The notes below the pieces were generated by a model. It did not search any database. It had not been told where the DNA came from and was given only the letters and a program-made list of their open reading frames with translations. From contig JAQGDQ010001537.1 in assembly GCA_030141605.1 (NCBI GenBank), forward strand, positions 1 to 35,691: 35,691 nt of DNA, written 5' to 3'. The stretch is from Tubiluchus corallicola (taxonomy: Eukaryota; Animalia; Priapulida). How positions within the stretch are numbered: position 1 is the first letter of the stretch; each line of letters opens with the position of its first letter. Position numbers and translations under genes: made by a program. Shown here piece by piece: positions 33,149-35,691 of this stretch.

Positions 33149-33884
33149 CAAAATTAAGCATAAGCAGTCCTAGGATGTTACCAAAACCGAAATCTATGAA
33201 ATAAATAAACAGAGCCGAAATCATTTTTGCAAAGATATTATTAATTACAATCCTGCAAAAATTAAAACATAATCACCTCTCAAAAAACTAAAAATATAAT
33301 ATGTAAAACCCACTCCCATGACCATCTTTATCCAAACTGTTTTTTCTCGCTATCCAGTTCTTACTGACCCACCTAACTTTTCCTTTTCCACATTTCTTAT
33401 ATATTTCTTTTCTCTCTAGTTACTAGTACAAACTAAATTACTAACAATTGCCACGTGCCACTTAGCTGGTCGGCCGCTACTTAGCGATATGCTTCAGTAC
33501 AACGTAAGACATGTGCTCGCATCCAGCATAACCTCTTTGGTTATCGCATTTCAAGGACCAATTTTATATTGGTTTTCGTAAACAAACAATGTTATGCTTG
33601 ATTTGAACTATTCTAGCCAAATTCTCAGCGATTTTTAACATCTAGGAAAAAAGTAGTAAGCTGGATAAATACTATTAAAGCTTCGGAAAAATGCTACCAA
33701 AGGTTTCACCTACGAAACTTAAGGATTTTCTACTGAGAAACTGAAACAACATTTGGATTTTCTGGATACATCCCTGAAAGTGACCTACATACTTTGCAAA
33801 CAATGAAAAGGTGTGAAGAAGTCTACAAACGTTGTGCAATCAGCTAGACATGATTATACAAATGAAAACAAAAACTTAACGTAC

Positions 33885-34594
33885 CTCCTGTACTTCTCAT
33901 GCCATTCCTCTAACCAATCGTAATCTTCTTGCAGAATTGGTACGTCAACTTTGCTATGCTTGAATTCCCACGGCATGGGAAAGTTGTAGGCAACGATGGC
34001 GGCATACAAGACGACTTGGAGTGGATCAAAGATGAAGATGCTTTGAAAGACGGACAGAATCATAGACATCACCCAGTCAGCACTCTTAGCATAACCAAAC
34101 TTTAGACCGTACAGCATGACTAGGTACGAACACAAGAGTGAAAGGAATATGGCAATGAACCATCCGACGTAAATGCAATACCACGGCAACGAGAATGATG
34201 ACGACGTTTCTTTTGTGGCACAAGTATACAAGCAATCCGGGAACGGGAGAGGATCGCGGTCATCATCAGTCATGTCACCAGACATTGGCAAGACCCTTGA
34301 AAGCCTTTTCTTTGCCTTTTTCAGATCAATGCGATGAATGCAACGGTATGGCCCACTTTCCGAGTACAGTTTGGAGGGTTGGTCGGTGTCAAAGTCAATG
34401 CTTCGTTTCAGTTCCTGAAGTACTATCCATGTTCCGTCAAGCTGGTGGGAGACTTCCTGGAGATCAGATTCTAATGTCTGGTGTGTCTGTCTGACCCACT
34501 CCAACCAGTCATCTTCAGTTTCAAACGGAAGCAACAATCCGAATCGCAGATCACTCCTTTCCCAGCGTTTCCTACTAGGAGATTCACTCCTCAA
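33885..34594 (-). CDS. Polycystin-1-like gene exon (cytoplasmic loop + TM helices preceding the channel domain); upstream exons lie outside the window
   Basis: tctctttTAG|LRSESP...LPWYCIYVGWFIAIFLS...MLYGLKFGYAKSADWVMSMILSVFQSIFIFDPLQV...KYR-AG|GTacgt, 710 nt, phase 0-2. This segment is typical of PKD1-family rather than PKD2 proteins. Confidence 0.93.
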
Positions 34595-34884
34595 CTAAAA
34601 GAGATTATTATTACTACTATAATTCTTTATTTAAAAAACAAACATATGCAACAAGGTGTCCTTTGCAGGGAGCTGCTCTACGTGTAAATAAAAGTCCATA
34701 TTACACATATAGATTTACATAAATAAAAGGCTACCTGATAGAATAGAACAGAATGAAACAAAATAGAATGGAATAAACTAACATAGAACAAAAACAGAGG
34801 AACATTCTAAACACACATTAGAAAGGTAAGAAGTAGTGTCGCATTTTAGGGGTTGAAGAGGCTTTTTAGCAAATAAAATGTCAG

Positions 34885-35691
34885 AAAAATGAGGTGTGAT
34901 TTACTGGGTATCATTAACAATGAATTAAGACTGGTCCGGACATCCAGGATGGTTTGGAAAAATCAGGTATGATTTACTGGGTATCATAAACAATGAATTA
35001 AGACTGGTCCGGACGTCCAGGATGGTTTGGAAAAATCAGGTATGATTTACTGGGTATCATAAACAATGAATTAAGACTGGTCCGGACATCCAGGATGGTT
35101 TGGAAAAATCAGGTATGATTTACTGGGTATCATAAACAATGAATTAAGACTGGTCCGGACGTCCAGGATGGTTTGGAAAAATCAGGTATGATTTATTGGG
35201 TATCATAAACAATGAATTAAGACTGGTCCGGACATCCAGGATGGTTTGGAAAAATCAGGTATGATTTACTGGGTATCATAAACAATGAATTAAGACTGGT
35301 CCGGACGTCCAGGATGGTTTGGAAAAATCTGGTATGATTTACTGGGTATCATAAACAATGAATTAAGACTGGTCCGGACGTCCAGGATGGTTTGGAAGAA
35401 TCAGGTATGATTTACTGGGTATCATAAACAATGAATTAAGACTGGTCCGGACGTCCAGGATGGTTTGGAAGAATCAGGTATGATTTACTGGGTATCATAA
35501 ACAATGAATTAAGACTGGTCCGGACATCCAGGATGGTTTGGAAAAATCAGGTATGATTTACCGGGTATCATAAACAATGAATTAAGACTGGTCCGGACGT
35601 CCAGGATGGTTTGGAAAAATCAGGTATGATTTACTGGGTATCATAAACAATTAACTAAGACTGGTCCGGACGTCCAGGATGGTTTGGAAAA
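34885..35691. repeat. 73-bp minisatellite, >=11 copies, runs off the window
   Basis: Unit ggtatgatttactgggtatcataaacaatgaattaagactggtccggac(a/g)tccaggatggtttggaaaaatca. Confidence 0.96.

Noticed and set aside
2555-35691. CRISPR arrays
   Set aside because: All arrays are head-to-tail repeats without unique spacers, there are no cas genes, and the context is eukaryotic.

Overview
AT-rich eukaryotic (animal, probably marine invertebrate) genomic DNA with spliceosomal introns; not prokaryotic. It holds the 3' six exons of a minus-strand polycystin-1-like (PKD1L/REJ-type) gene (34594->18499, 802 codons in window, phases consistent only if two introns use GC donors). Downstream on the same strand is a gene for a signal peptide + damaged EGF exon + four WSC domains (13058->~3650), and there is a convergent plus-strand WSC exon at 2037-2216. 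Mobile DNA includes a young CR1/L2-group LINE with an uninterrupted ORF2 lying antisense in a polycystin intron, a dead L2-like LINE, three hAT-type MITEs with 8-bp TSDs, and SINE/LINE remnants. Eleven or so unrelated minisatellite arrays (units 30-126 bp) cover about a quarter of the window. Best leads: a probable -1 frameshift (T TTT TTG) linking ORF1 to an AUG-less ORF2 with an LMDD RT motif; tandem amplification of arbitrary local sequence (even inside an RT motif and a transposon end); an EGF exon broken by a templated-insertion scar; paired GC-AG introns. All calls are manual; no database searches were run.
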